64,000 nucleotides of DNA from Minutocellus sp. GHC0000111 (taxonomy: Eukaryota). The DNA is taken from positions 2,480,001 through 2,544,000 of the forward strand of contig OZ361256.1 in assembly GCA_977018835.1 (NCBI GenBank). The letters are read 5' to 3'. The position numbers were made by a program, and so were the translations under genes. Shown piece after piece: positions 1-10,988 of the stretch (the stretch's first letter is position 1; each line of letters opens with the position of its first letter). Under the pieces are notes generated by a model. It saw only the letters and a list, made by a program, of their open reading frames with translations. It was not told where the DNA came from and did not search any database.

Positions 1-965
1 GCGCGGGTCTGCCGCACAATGTCCACCGCAAAGCGCATGCGGTTGGCAAAGTCCGGTCCGCCGTACTCGTCGGTGCGCTTGTTGGTCTTACGGACGAGGA
101 ACTGGTTGATCAGGTATCCCTCGCTGCCCATAATCTCGACGCCGTCGTATCCGGCCCGCTTGGCCAGGGTGGCGCACCGGACAAAGTCGGCGATGGTGCT
201 CTGAATGCCCGCCAAACTCAGCTCCTTGGCGGGGAAGGGCGATATGGGACTCTTGGTGGCCGACGCCGACACGGCGAAGGGGTGGATGGCGTACCGGCCG
301 GTGTGCAAGATCTGCATGCAGATGCGGGCTGGTTCCGTCGTGCTAGTACTGGAGCCCATTGGCCCACTGGGAATCCGCACCGAATGCACCGCGTCGGTCA
401 CCATCTTGTGACGTTCCATCTCCACCTCGCTGTCCATCTTGGCTGCGAAGGGTCCGACCCACCCGGCCTTGTTGGGGCTGATACCACCCGTCACCATCAG
501 TCCGACACCGCCCTCGGCACGAATTCGAAAGTATTCGGCCATGCCCGACAAGTCGTCGTGCGTCACGTCCGGTTTGAGCAGTGGCATCAAGAAGGAGGGG
601 ATGGAATGTCCCTCGAGGCCGGTGTGCATGCTCCCCATCAGAACACGGTTGGGCAAGGTTCCGATGTGCGGACCGAGGGATAGCGGTTCGAACATGTGAG
701 GAAAGTATGGGGCTGTATTTGTGCTTGATGTAGTATCGGCATCGTCGATGTCCACTTCGTCTGCTACAGCTGCTGCAGTGGAGGATAATGCCGGCAGAGA
801 CGCCTTGACACCAAAAGAACGACTGGGGGTCGTTGATGATGGATGCGTTGAGCATGTCAGGAACTGCTTCCTTGTGCCGGATCTCGTCGCGGCGACGCAG
901 GATGATGCGCCGCTTCTGGCATACAAGAGCCGCCTTGCAGCTACAGCCGCAGGGGACGAGGGCAT
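1..965 (-). CDS. fadH: 2,4-dienoyl-CoA reductase (FadH-type, old yellow enzyme family), 5' part; runs off the left edge
   Basis: Manual translation of the minus strand from ATG 965: MPSSPAAVAARRLLY... (transit-peptide-like), then LPNRVLMGSMHTGLE, RAEGGVGLMVTGG, MQILHTGRYA, AGYDGVEIMGSEGYLINQFL, TNKRTDEYGG, NRMRF. Absent from the ORF track because no stop lies in the window. Confidence 0.9.
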   Translation of the reverse strand, partial: MPSSPAAVAARRLLYARSGASSCVAATRSGTRKQFLTCSTHPSSTTPSRSFGVKASLPALSSTAAAVADEVDIDDADTTSSTNTAPYFPHMFEPLSLGPHIGTLPNRVLMGSMHTGLEGHSIPSFLMPLLKPDVTHDDLSGMAEYFRIRAEGGVGLMVTGGISPNKAGWVGPFAAKMDSEVEMERHKMVTDAVHSVRIPSGPMGSSTSTTEPARICMQILHTGRYAIHPFAVSASATKSPISPFPAKELSLAGIQSTIADFVRCATLAKRAGYDGVEIMGSEGYLINQFLVRKTNKRTDEYGGPDFANRMRFAVDIVRQTR

Positions 966-1283
966 GGTGGGGGTGCTTGGCTATGCTGTATTGGTAGTCA
1001 GGTGTAAAGTGATGGCATCAGAAGATCGGCGGCCATCACCATTTTTGTTCTTTGGCGCCGCATCGACGCGCCTCGCTTGATGGCTCTTCTAACTGTGTCA
1101 CGGCCAGTGACACGAAATGTGAGATGGCTGTGCGACCTGATTTCAGGGTCATTAAAAATCCACGTTATTTTAATAAGCAAGAGAGATTCGATTCGCGACG
1201 CCGGCGAAGGCAAGATGGCTGTGGCGAGCCAATAATTACGTGCCGGTATCTTGCCTCGGCGCTCCACCAGCAGCCGAGCCGCC

Positions 1284-2930
1284 ATGTCTAGTACCGACGA
1301 GGAAGACTTTGCCTTCGACCCGACGCCAGTGCTGACACCGCAGCGCGCCTCCAAGATTGAAGCCGACCTCCGAAGCAGCATGAGTTCCAGCCAGCACGGC
1401 ACTGCACCTACCGCCGCCGCCCAAGATCCCGGTGCCTCCATCACCTTTGGACCGGGCTCCAAACAGCACAGGCGCGTCCAGAGCGACCGTCCCGACGCCA
1501 TCTCCCGACCCAGCCTGGCGACCGCGGCCACCCGTCGCCAATCCGTGTCAGTAAATGATATCGCGGCGCGAGAGTCGGCCCTATCGGCCGCCGGTGCCTT
1601 TGGCATCACCCCGGTGGGAGCCGCCAACTACACCGGCGTCCACTGCCGCCGGGGGCTGCGCAAGATGCTCAAGAAGGAGCGCGGCCTCAAGAGGTTCAAC
1701 TACCAGCCGACCCCGGCATCGTCGCTGACTGCGCCGAGCGATGCCGATCTGGCCACGCTCAGCGAAGATTCGCCCCTCGTGGGTGGCGGTGGCACCCTCC
1801 GAAGCACCAAGTCCGACGACACAGATGGCGGCAGCCATCACGAGTTTGACGACGTCGGTGTGCTCAAGGAGATGATTACCGGCAAATCCATCAACATTTT
1901 GCTCTTCTTCATTCCTCTGGCTGTGGCCTCTCATCATCTCGGATGGTCACCCGTGGCGGTATTCTGGCTAAACTTCATGGCCATGGTACCCCTGGCCAGT
2001 TTGCTAGGTGACTTTACAGAAGAAGTTGCAGAACACACTAACCAGGTTATCGGCGGATTGGTCAATGCAACCTTCGGCAATGCCGTGGAAGTTGTAGTAG
2101 CCATCCAAGCTCTATTGGCGGGTGAAATTCGCATCGTTCAGGCCAGCATGATTGGCAGCATCTTTAGCAATCTATTGCTGGTCCTTGGTGGATGTTTCTT
2201 TGTCGGAGGTCTGTATTACAAGGAGCAGGCCTTCAATTCCACCGCTGCTACGGCCAACATGAGTCTATTGGCGCTCAGTAGTATGGCACTGGTGTTGCCG
2301 ACACCCTTTGGGGAGTATTATGATATTGAAGAGCATGAGGTTCTGGCTGTATCCAGAACAGCCGCATGCTTCCTCATGTTCATGTATCTGCAGCTGCTTG
2401 TGTTTCAACTTCGAACTCACACGCATCTGTTTGACGAAGAGGACGAAGCCGAGCCCGAGATGCACTTTTCTACCGCCACCAGTGGTTTGGTCGTTGTTAC
2501 CGTAATTATTGCCATATTGAGTGAATATCTGGTGGGAAGCATCGATGGATTTTGTACCGAATCGGGCGTCAGCCGAACATTCGTTGGTTTGATCATCCTT
2601 CCGGTAGTGGGAAATGCCGTCGAGCACGTTACCGCTGTCACTGCGGCGGCCAAGGATAAGATGGATCTGGCCATGGGAGTTGCCGTTGGCAGCTGTACTC
2701 AGATATCCCTCTTTGTTATGCCTCTGACGGTTATTGTGGGATGGTGCACTGGCATTGATATGACGTTGAATTTTCCTCACTTTGAGATCTTCTTGTTTAT
2801 TTTATCGGTAGTTATCGTAAGCATTTGCGTATCGAATCCCATGAGCAACTGGTTGGAAGGATCTTTGTTGATGACAACGTATCTAATGATTGCCACAGGT
2901 TTTTGGTTCGAGAAGGTGGTGGATTTTTAA
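1284..2930 (+). CDS. CAX: Ca2+/H+ antiporter (CAX family) with long hydrophilic N-terminus
   Basis: Alpha-1 repeat NATFGNAVE and GSIFSNLLLVLG; alpha-2 repeat VGNAVEH and VAVGSCTQI; about 10-11 hydrophobic segments. Confidence 0.93.
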   Translation: MSSTDEEDFAFDPTPVLTPQRASKIEADLRSSMSSSQHGTAPTAAAQDPGASITFGPGSKQHRRVQSDRPDAISRPSLATAATRRQSVSVNDIAARESALSAAGAFGITPVGAANYTGVHCRRGLRKMLKKERGLKRFNYQPTPASSLTAPSDADLATLSEDSPLVGGGGTLRSTKSDDTDGGSHHEFDDVGVLKEMITGKSINILLFFIPLAVASHHLGWSPVAVFWLNFMAMVPLASLLGDFTEEVAEHTNQVIGGLVNATFGNAVEVVVAIQALLAGEIRIVQASMIGSIFSNLLLVLGGCFFVGGLYYKEQAFNSTAATANMSLLALSSMALVLPTPFGEYYDIEEHEVLAVSRTAACFLMFMYLQLLVFQLRTHTHLFDEEDEAEPEMHFSTATSGLVVVTVIIAILSEYLVGSIDGFCTESGVSRTFVGLIILPVVGNAVEHVTAVTAAAKDKMDLAMGVAVGSCTQISLFVMPLTVIVGWCTGIDMTLNFPHFEIFLFILSVVIVSICVSNPMSNWLEGSLLMTTYLMIATGFWFEKVVDF

Positions 2931-3050
2931 TTCGAAATGCTAAACTTGGCAGGGCAAGAATCAAACTCTATGAAGCCTCACAAAACATCAAAAACTCATT
3001 GACCCCGGCCTATTTACAATAAGTTAAGTTAGACTGTGAAGTGTCAGTGG

Positions 3051-4547
3051 CTACCTGTAATGATGGCCACGGCCACGGCCGCGTCCCCGCCTACTTCCAC
3101 CGCCACTGCGGGTGTGATACCTGCCGCCGGTGTGTGACCTCGGATTGCGCAGCACCTCGACGTACTGCTCGGGCGTAATCGCCGGCTGCGGCCCATTGGC
3201 GTTGCCGGCCCGTCCAAAGAGCTGCGTCGGCCTCCCCGCGGTGGGATGGTGAAGGGACGTTTTGACCGTGCCCGTGGAGTAGTAGAAGTCGAGTTTGACG
3301 ACGTCTCCACTGCCATCATCGGCCGCCCGCTCGAAAAACTCCACGCGGCTCGCCTCCGAGGAACCCGTGAACGTCCAGCCGAACAGGGTCGGGTCGGGGT
3401 ACAGCTCTAACGGGACCCGCCCCCCGGCCGAGGTGTGCATGTAATCCGGTCGGAGGCCATTGTACCGGCCGGCGCCGCTGCTGGTAGCGCCTCCTCCCCC
3501 CTCCTGGCGGCCTCCTCCACCGATCTCCCTCATCATCGTCCCGCTCCGTTCCACCGCAGCCTCGACGTCCAGCTCCAGCAGGATCACCTGCGCCCTCTCC
3601 AGCTCTCGCAGCTCCCGCTCGTTGTCCCTCCGCATCCGCGCGTAGTTGTTCCTGGGACGGGGATTGCTCTCCCACCGTTCCTGGCCCCAACGCGCCTTCG
3701 CCTCGTCCCGGTCCACCCACTGCGGCTCTAGTCTGCGGCGAAGGTGCACGGCCCGCCGTTCCGCCAACGACAGGCACCGGTCGCGGCAATCGGCAAAGTG
3801 CGTCAGCGCGACGTGGACGACGGAGGCGTCGTCGGCCAGGGCAGCCATTTCGTCGTCGCTGCTACTAGTACCTGCACCAGCGCCATTTTCATTTTCGCCA
3901 AGCCATTCTTCGTGTGCCTGCTCCGTCTGGAGGATCCGGGCGCTCCGCTCGTCGGCCACGGCCAGGGCGACCGTGGCGCAGCCGTAGCCCAGCGCGTAGG
4001 TTTCGGCGGCGTCGGACCATCGGGGCACGGGACGCTCCGAGGCCATCCGGGACGCGAGGGCCGAGTGGACCTCGCTCAGAGTGGTGAGGACGCGGATTAT
4101 CAGGCGCCTCATCTCCATTGGCCTTTGATGGGGCCGGGGGCCCACCACGCCCCCGGCGGCATAATTTCCGGCGAACACGACCTCGTCGCCGGCGTCACCC
4201 GAGGAGTCGTCAGAGTCGCTGCTGTCCACGAACGCGGCGAAAGGATTGGGGCCTTCAAAATCGCCCTGCTGCTGGCCATGGTGGTTGTCGCCGTCGCCGC
4301 CGCTGCGATTACTAGTAGCGGGGGCGGTGGCGGCCGGCGGCGCCCTCTTCGGAGGGCGGTCCCACGCTCCCCTTCTCCTCTCGAGATGATCCCGCAGCGC
4401 TTCCAGGTACGCCACGGTGGCGTGCAGGTCTTCCGAGGAGGCGGCGGGGGAGGCGGCTGTATTGCCGCACGCGGCGATGGCGGATTCCCACGCTGCCACC
4501 GCTGAGGCAGAAGCGGACCGTGCGTTAGCGCTAGTGGCGTTGGCCAT
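3051..4547 (-). CDS. Hypothetical protein: helical/coiled-coil middle, compact C-terminal domain (GWTF..RVEFFE..KLDFYYSTGTVKTSLHHP..QLF..NPRSHTG), RG-rich tail
   Basis: 498-aa uninterrupted ATG ORF with coding-like GC-rich composition. Confidence 0.7.
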   Translation of the reverse strand: MANATSANARSASASAVAAWESAIAACGNTAASPAASSEDLHATVAYLEALRDHLERRRGAWDRPPKRAPPAATAPATSNRSGGDGDNHHGQQQGDFEGPNPFAAFVDSSDSDDSSGDAGDEVVFAGNYAAGGVVGPRPHQRPMEMRRLIIRVLTTLSEVHSALASRMASERPVPRWSDAAETYALGYGCATVALAVADERSARILQTEQAHEEWLGENENGAGAGTSSSDDEMAALADDASVVHVALTHFADCRDRCLSLAERRAVHLRRRLEPQWVDRDEAKARWGQERWESNPRPRNNYARMRRDNERELRELERAQVILLELDVEAAVERSGTMMREIGGGGRQEGGGGATSSGAGRYNGLRPDYMHTSAGGRVPLELYPDPTLFGWTFTGSSEASRVEFFERAADDGSGDVVKLDFYYSTGTVKTSLHHPTAGRPTQLFGRAGNANGPQPAITPEQYVEVLRNPRSHTGGRYHTRSGGGSRRGRGRGRGHHYR

Positions 4548-4590
4548 CGTGGCATAAGATGTGTAACTTTTTACAAATCCCTACCACTTG

Positions 4591-4633
4591 TTAGGGTTGA
4601 GAGGGTTAGGGAGAGGGTTAGGGTTAGGGTTAG
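4591..4633 (+). repeat. Interstitial telomere-like (TTAGGG)n tract with GAGAGGG variants
   Basis: ttagggttgagagggttagggagagggttagggttagggttag. Confidence 0.75.
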
Positions 4634-5258
4634 TCCCGCACGACTCAATCCAGGACTGCTCAAGCTAAATAAATAGCTATCCAAGACTGAACTAACTAAT
4701 ATGTCACACAGAAACGAATATGTATCTAGTAGTTCCCAGCGGAGCCAAAGTGGACCCTTGCGGTCTCGCGACGCTCCCACAAATGAACACCGCAGGGATG
4801 AGTAACCGAAGGACTACTCAGGCTGTCAGTGGTGTGGTCCCGAGGATGGACGCCCGTTAGGGGGGAGACTCCGATATCTATGATAATCAACTAGGTATGG
4901 CGACGGACAGACCGTATATATTGAACACGAATGCTAAAAAGTGTTCCAAGGTTAGACCAGGTTCTAGTATTATGGTATCTTTAGCAGTATCTTTTCTCGG
5001 ATCTTTTTCGACGCGAGTTCGCGACCCGACCCATGACATGTTTCGAGACGCGACTTTTTCTGCAGGCATTTCAGAGCAGCAGCGCAAGCAAGTCAAGCAA
5101 GATCTTCCGCAGGATTGCTTTTCTGCAACTCTTCTCATTCTCGATCGGAAGATCAGCAGAAGTTCCGAAGTAGCAACAAGCTTACTTCGTCGTCTAGCTA
5201 GTATCCCTGTAAGCTTCCACTCCTACTTCCTAATATTGAAGCACGTGTACGCATCACC

Positions 5259-6756
5259 ATGCCGAAGAAACTCATCTCCGTCGATCCCAAGAAGAAGCCA
5301 TGGGAGCAGGAAACGCCCCTGCACAACCGATGGCATCCCGATATCCCTCCCGTCGCCGAGGTCGGCGAGGGCGACGTGTTCCGCGTCGAGTGCGTGGATT
5401 GGACGGGCGGGCAGATTCGCAACGACGACAGTTCTGACGACGTCAAAAACGTCGATCTTTCCCAGGTGCACTACCTGAGCGGACCGATCGCGGTGGAGGG
5501 GGCCATGCCGGGCGACCTGCTGAAGGTGGACTTTCTCAATCTCGGTACTCTCGACGGAGACGAGTGGGGCTTCACCGGCACCTTTGCCAAGGAGAACGGC
5601 GGCGGTTTTCTCACGGACCACTTCCCGAGGGCGACCAAGGCCATCTGGGACATCGAGGGCGTGTACTGCAGCAGCCGGCACATCCCGGGCGTCAGATTTG
5701 CCGGCCTCATCCATCCTGGTCTAATCGGGACGGCGCCGAGCCACGAGCTTCTGGCCATGTGGAACGAGCGCGAGGCAGCTCTCGTGGCAGAGGAAGGGAC
5801 GCCTGCCGAGAAAACTCTCTGCGGATGCCTTGCCACCCGTCCTCTTGCTTGTCTGCCCGAGCCCAAGGGAGCTATGCTCGGCAAGCTTGGGCACTTCCTC
5901 GACAAGATGCGGCATGGGATAAGGTCGCGGGTGCAGCTGCAAGAACTGTACCAGGCCGGTAAGCAACCAATGTTTTGGGAGTACTTGTGTGTATGCCATA
6001 CACTGTGTGACTTACAAAGCATAAACTCAACTTGTATCTTTTCTCACAAAACTCTATATGAATTCATTTTTCCTTTCCCACTTTCTTTTTCTACGTGACA
6101 TTTAATCAATCTCCAAGAGAAAATGGTGGAAATTGTGATATAAAAACCTCAGCCGAGGTTGCTCGGTGTACTTTCCTGTCTTCGTTCCGGGCGCTAATCT
6201 CAGCATGGGAGACATGCACTTTAGCCAGGGCGACGGCGAGGTATCGTTCTGCGGTGCCATAGAAATGAGCGGCTTTCTCGACCTAAAAGTTGCCGTTATC
6301 AAAGGCGGGATGGAAATGTTACCAGTGGTTGGTCCCACCCCTCTCCACGTTCAGCCAATATTCGAGATTGGCCCATTGGAGCCTCGCTTCAGTGAGTGGC
6401 TAGTCTTCGAGGGGATATCGGTGGACGAGAAGGGCGTCCAACACTACCTCGACGCCACCATTGCCTACAAGAAGGCCGTACTACAGTGCATAAAATATCT
6501 AAGCCAGTTTGGATATTCGGAGGAACAGATCTACCTCCTGCTGAGCTGTTGTCCGTGTGAGGGACGTATCAGCGGCATCGTTGACGTCCCGAACGCTGTG
6601 TGTACTCTTGCCATTCCTCTGGCCATTTTTGATCGAGATGTCCGCCCTCCCAATTCTTTGGAGGCCCTCGCCTCCGGCGTCCGTGTCGTAGAGAACGTCT
6701 GTATCTCCGAGTTGGGTGGTGCTGTGCCGTTGGATCCCCGGCTTGAGGAAACTTAA
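5259..6756 (+). CDS. fmdA: Formamidase (FmdA/AmdA family); intron 5959-6117; apparent 1-nt deletion frameshift near 5906
   Basis: LHNRWHPDIP, VHYLSGPI, WGFTG, IHPGLIGTAP, ARTVPGR|ENGGNCDIKNL, GDMHFSQGDGEVSFCGAIEM. Intron is gtaag...caag. The homologous reading DAAWDKVAGAAARTVPGR lies in a different frame from the upstream ORF. Confidence 0.9.
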
Positions 6757-7075
6757 AGCATGTGTGTTTATATGCCAGATTATATCCTTAAATGTATACT
6801 GTGATTGATTAAAATGAATAGAATACATGGCATACCACTCAGGGCTTCGCTGAACACTTGGAGTTACCTCCCATTCGGGCTGGAATGATTGACGGGGCGC
6901 TGCCTCCGAAATGCATATCTGATTTGGCCACATTCTCCAGCTCGCATCCATCCTCCCCACCTCGACGATGGGCTATGCGTGCCGCGACCGTGATGCTGAT
7001 TTTGCTTCGAGAAGGTGGTGGATCTTTTAGATATATGACTCAAATTATACGCTCATTTCGCTCGTGGAAGAACGC

Positions 7076-9098
7076 TCACAATGTTCTAGTATTTTTTTTG
7101 CTTTTGCCAGCGTGGCTTTTCAGAACACAGGGGTTGCATTTTGCATCAGGTCCCTTTCTGCGCTGGTTTCTTGAGAATTCGCCCGTGGGTTTGGATGTTC
7201 CGCAGAGAGAGCATGTCCTCATGTGAGTGACAACCTTCTTCAGATTATTATCCGAGGTATCAGCCGCAACTTTTGCATCGCCAACCTGCGCAAGCTTATC
7301 CAGTTGCTGCTGTTTCCCCTTCTCTTCTCGTATTTCCAATTTTCGCTCCCTCCTCTTTTCTTCTTTCTCCTTACGACATTTCTCTTTCTCTAATTCTATC
7401 TTTTTTTCTTCCTCTCGCTCTAATCTACTTATGGTGCGGATAGTGTCCCACCCCCCAAGCGCAGGCTCTTCATCTACTGTACAGCCGAATTCGCCAATTT
7501 TATTGAAGATCTCATTCTTATCTTTCATTTCAAACTCCAAAAATGGTGCTTCTTCCCACCTATCTTCGACTCTTCCATACTTTTCTAGTAGCCAACTAAA
7601 ACGGCTTGGCCTGCTAAACTCCTCGTCCATCAATTGCTCAATCAACGGAGGAAATACTTCCGGATCAACATCGAATTCGCAAAATGGACGACCCAACTCC
7701 CAAAGGAAGAACTCACTGCCGTCAGAAGTTCTCTCTCTTACCACTGCTTCTCCTTCTTCGTAATAAAGCCTCATGTACTGCGCAAATATGTATTTGTCAT
7801 AAAAGTTCTTATCGACCAACGCTCGCAAGTCTCCCCAAGTAGGGCACAGTTCTATGTTGCAAAAATTATCGTATGTCAGCTTGGGAAGAATTAAAAGACT
7901 TTCGCCGTCCAGACAATGCTTACAACACAAAAGCGACTTCATGTCTTTCTCTTTTTCTTCTGGGCGTTCTTCGTAGGTTCTCAGTCGTTTCATTTTGAGG
8001 GCAAAAGCTCTGTTGTAAATTGCTTGTTTCAGGCGCCCTGAGAGGCCCTCTCTATAAGGTGCCGCCTTTAGAGAATCAATTTCTTTCTGGAGACCCTCAA
8101 GAGCTGCATCATCACAGTGCCGCCACTTCTCGCGCTCAACGTCTGCCTTTTTTTGCTTGCAACTCTTTCTCCTTTTCCCTTTTCTCATCTTTTGCCTGTT
8201 TCAAACGTTCGGACCCTGCTAAAATGGTATCTCGCCATTTCTTTTGTTCTTTTTCTTCCAAAGCAAACCATAGTGTCATCCTTGCTGGACTCGTTTTAAA
8301 TTCCCTGGGAGGATCAATCGTCCCATTTATCGGGAAGAACTCCCTGAAAACTTCGCGATAACATTCTTTCCACGTAGGCATGTCACTAAAATCGAGATTA
8401 TGCCAGTTCCACACACCTTCTTCAGGCTCCTTGCCCACTCCTTCTTTAGCCCGCCGCAGCTGTGGGACAATATCAGCCCAATGACTATCACTCCAGCCAC
8501 CGCGAAATAATTTCCCACTTTCCTGATAAACATCACTATTGCCATGCTTGGCACTTTCATCAACAAGTGTAGCAATACTATCGCGCGTCTCCGCTAGCGC
8601 AGCCTCAGCGACCTCAACTTCCTTCGTCGCAAGGTTCAACTGTCTTTGAGCCTGAAAGATCTCAGTTTCCACCTCATCATCGGTTTCATCTTTGATTTGG
8701 AGCAAGTCCTTGTTGCTGTCGGCTTCATCGTCCGTCTCCTCCTTGATCGCTGCCTTGTCTGCATCTTTCTCTACTTCGTCATCTGTCTCTTGCTTGAAGG
8801 CGAACGAAGGGACCTCGTCCGGTACCGCCTCGTCGTCAGTATCTTCGGCCTTGATAGCGTCAATATCCGCCTGGATCTTGATCACATTATTGCTGCCGGC
8901 CATTTCCGCTTTGATTCTCTTTTCATTGTCCGCGGCATCTCCTCCCTCTTCATCGTCGGTATCTGTTGCCATTGCAAGTGCGTCATCATTGTTCTCCGTC
9001 TTGATACCAACTTCATCATCGTTGTCGAACTTCTCTCTTTTGAGGGCGCGCGTTACGCCATCGCTCAGAGGTTTATCTGGCAGCGCCGATCGCTTCAT
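7076..9098 (-). CDS. Hypothetical, probably nuclear, protein: acidic (I/F)KxE-TDDE repeats at the N-terminus, coiled coils, C-terminal CxxC..FSxxQ..CxxC (Stc1-like) zinc finger; split by a frameshift in an A7 run near 8150
   Basis: ORFs 8136-9098 and 7076-8188 join as LQAKK-ADVEREKW if one A is removed. C-terminus reads CSLCGTSKPTGEFSRNQRRKGPDAKCNPC. Confidence 0.65.
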
Positions 9099-9399
9099 GA
9101 CTCTATTGTTGCGACCTCTTCAGGGCCACACGGCGCCGATCAACAACAAGAGAAAGAACAAGCAAGTCCAAGAATGAGCCGAGGCTTCTTGCGCAGGAGC
9201 GACGGAGCGCCGACGCGGCCCCGACGGCGGAAAGGCTCTCGATGTTTGAGCATTCAGCATCAGGCGAAAGCATAGCAAGCGACCATACCATGACGGCATT
9301 TCTCCTGCTCGGCCGCTCGTGCTCCATGGGAACGGTATCTGCTCTCGGCAATCGCCCCGGAACATCATTGAACGCTTGAACGTCGTGAGTACTCGGACA

Positions 9400-10863
9400 A
9401 TGCCCCGCGAGATCATCACCCTCCAGGTCGGCCAGTGCGGCAACCAGATCGGTTCCGAGTTCTGGAAGCAGCTGTGCCTCGAGCACGGCATCGCGCCCGA
9501 CGGTATCCTCAAGTCGCAGAGTGAAGGCGCCGCCGCCGACGCAGCATCGGCGGCGGCACCAGCAGCCAACCCCGCCGCTAATCCGCTCTTCCTCGACGGC
9601 CCGACCAACTTTGTGGACGACCGCAAGGATGTGTTCTTTTATCAGTCCGACGACGAGCATTACATTCCCCGCGCGTTGCTGATCGATCTCGAGCCTCGCG
9701 TCGTCAACAAAATCACCCATCACAGCCCGTACCGCGACCTGTTCAACCCGGAGAACTTGTTCATTGCCCAAGACGGCGGAGGTGCCGGTAACAACTGGGC
9801 CAGCGGATTCCGGCAGGGCGAGGAGCATCACGAGCAGGTGATTGACATGATCGATCGGGAGTCGGACAATTCGGATTCGCTCGAGGGATTCGTGCTAACG
9901 CACAGCATTGCCGGCGGTACCGGTTCCGGGATGGGCAGCTACCTCCTCGAGGCGCTCAACGATCACTTCCCCAAGAAGCTCGTGCAGACCTATTCGGTGT
10001 TTCCCAATTGGGATCAGAGTCAGAGCGATGTGGTGGTCCAGCCGTACAACTCGGTCTTGACGATGAAACGATTGACGCTCAACGCCGATGCCGTGGTGGT
10101 TCTGGACAATACGGCGTTGAATCGCATCGCCGTCGATCGGCTCCGGATTGAGAATCCGACGGTCGATCAGCTCAATAGTTTGGTCGCCACCATCATGGCG
10201 GCATCGACCACCACGTTGCGGTATCCGGGATACATGAACAACGATCTCATTGGACTGCTGGCCTCGCTCATCCCCACGCCCAGGTGTCACTTTCTCATGA
10301 CGGGTTACACCCCCCTCACATTGACCGATGCGACAGGCCAGTCCGATTCGGCCACTCGCATCCGCAAGACCACCGTGTTGGACGTCATGCGCCGTCTTAC
10401 CCAGCCCAAGAACATTATGGTGAGCGCCAACACCCGTTCGTCGGGTTGCTACATCAGCCTGCTGAACATTGTCCAGGGCAACGATATCGACCCGACCCAG
10501 ATCCACAAGGCCCTGCAGCGTATTCGGGAGAGACAGCTCATCAACTTTATACCGTGGGGACCAGCCTCGGTCCAGGTGGCGCTGGCCCGGACCAGCCCGT
10601 ACGTGACCAACCCGCACAAGGTCAGCGGCTTCATGCTGGCCAACCACACCAGCATGGCCGAGCTGTTCGATCGGCTCCTCGGTCAGTACGATCGCATCCG
10701 CAAGCGCAATGCCTTTTTGGACAATTACCGCCGCGAGCCCATGTTCGAGGACAACCTCGACGAGTTTGACAGTGCGCGGGAGACCGTGCAGGGTCTGGTC
10801 GACGAGTACCGCGCCTGCGAAAGACCGGACTACGTGGACTTTGACGGGACGGGGCAGCGATGA
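9400..10863 (+). CDS. TUBG: Gamma-tubulin
   Basis: [86 protein letters not shown]; no introns. Confidence 0.98.
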   Translation: MPREIITLQVGQCGNQIGSEFWKQLCLEHGIAPDGILKSQSEGAAADAASAAAPAANPAANPLFLDGPTNFVDDRKDVFFYQSDDEHYIPRALLIDLEPRVVNKITHHSPYRDLFNPENLFIAQDGGGAGNNWASGFRQGEEHHEQVIDMIDRESDNSDSLEGFVLTHSIAGGTGSGMGSYLLEALNDHFPKKLVQTYSVFPNWDQSQSDVVVQPYNSVLTMKRLTLNADAVVVLDNTALNRIAVDRLRIENPTVDQLNSLVATIMAASTTTLRYPGYMNNDLIGLLASLIPTPRCHFLMTGYTPLTLTDATGQSDSATRIRKTTVLDVMRRLTQPKNIMVSANTRSSGCYISLLNIVQGNDIDPTQIHKALQRIRERQLINFIPWGPASVQVALARTSPYVTNPHKVSGFMLANHTSMAELFDRLLGQYDRIRKRNAFLDNYRREPMFEDNLDEFDSARETVQGLVDEYRACERPDYVDFDGTGQR

Positions 10864-10988
10864 ACGTAGCGGCGTGCATTATATTTTTTATTTTCATCGG
10901 GTGCGACATAGAAATTTCTATTTGTAAATCTACTAAGGACCATTTGGGAGGGTCAACTTGATAATTAATAATTACTTTACACACTTCT

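Noticed and set aside
5895..5960. Programmed ribosomal frameshift in formamidase (also at ~8150 and ~17230)
   Set aside because: No supporting stimulatory structure seen; single-base indels in short runs are more simply sequencing errors or null alleles.
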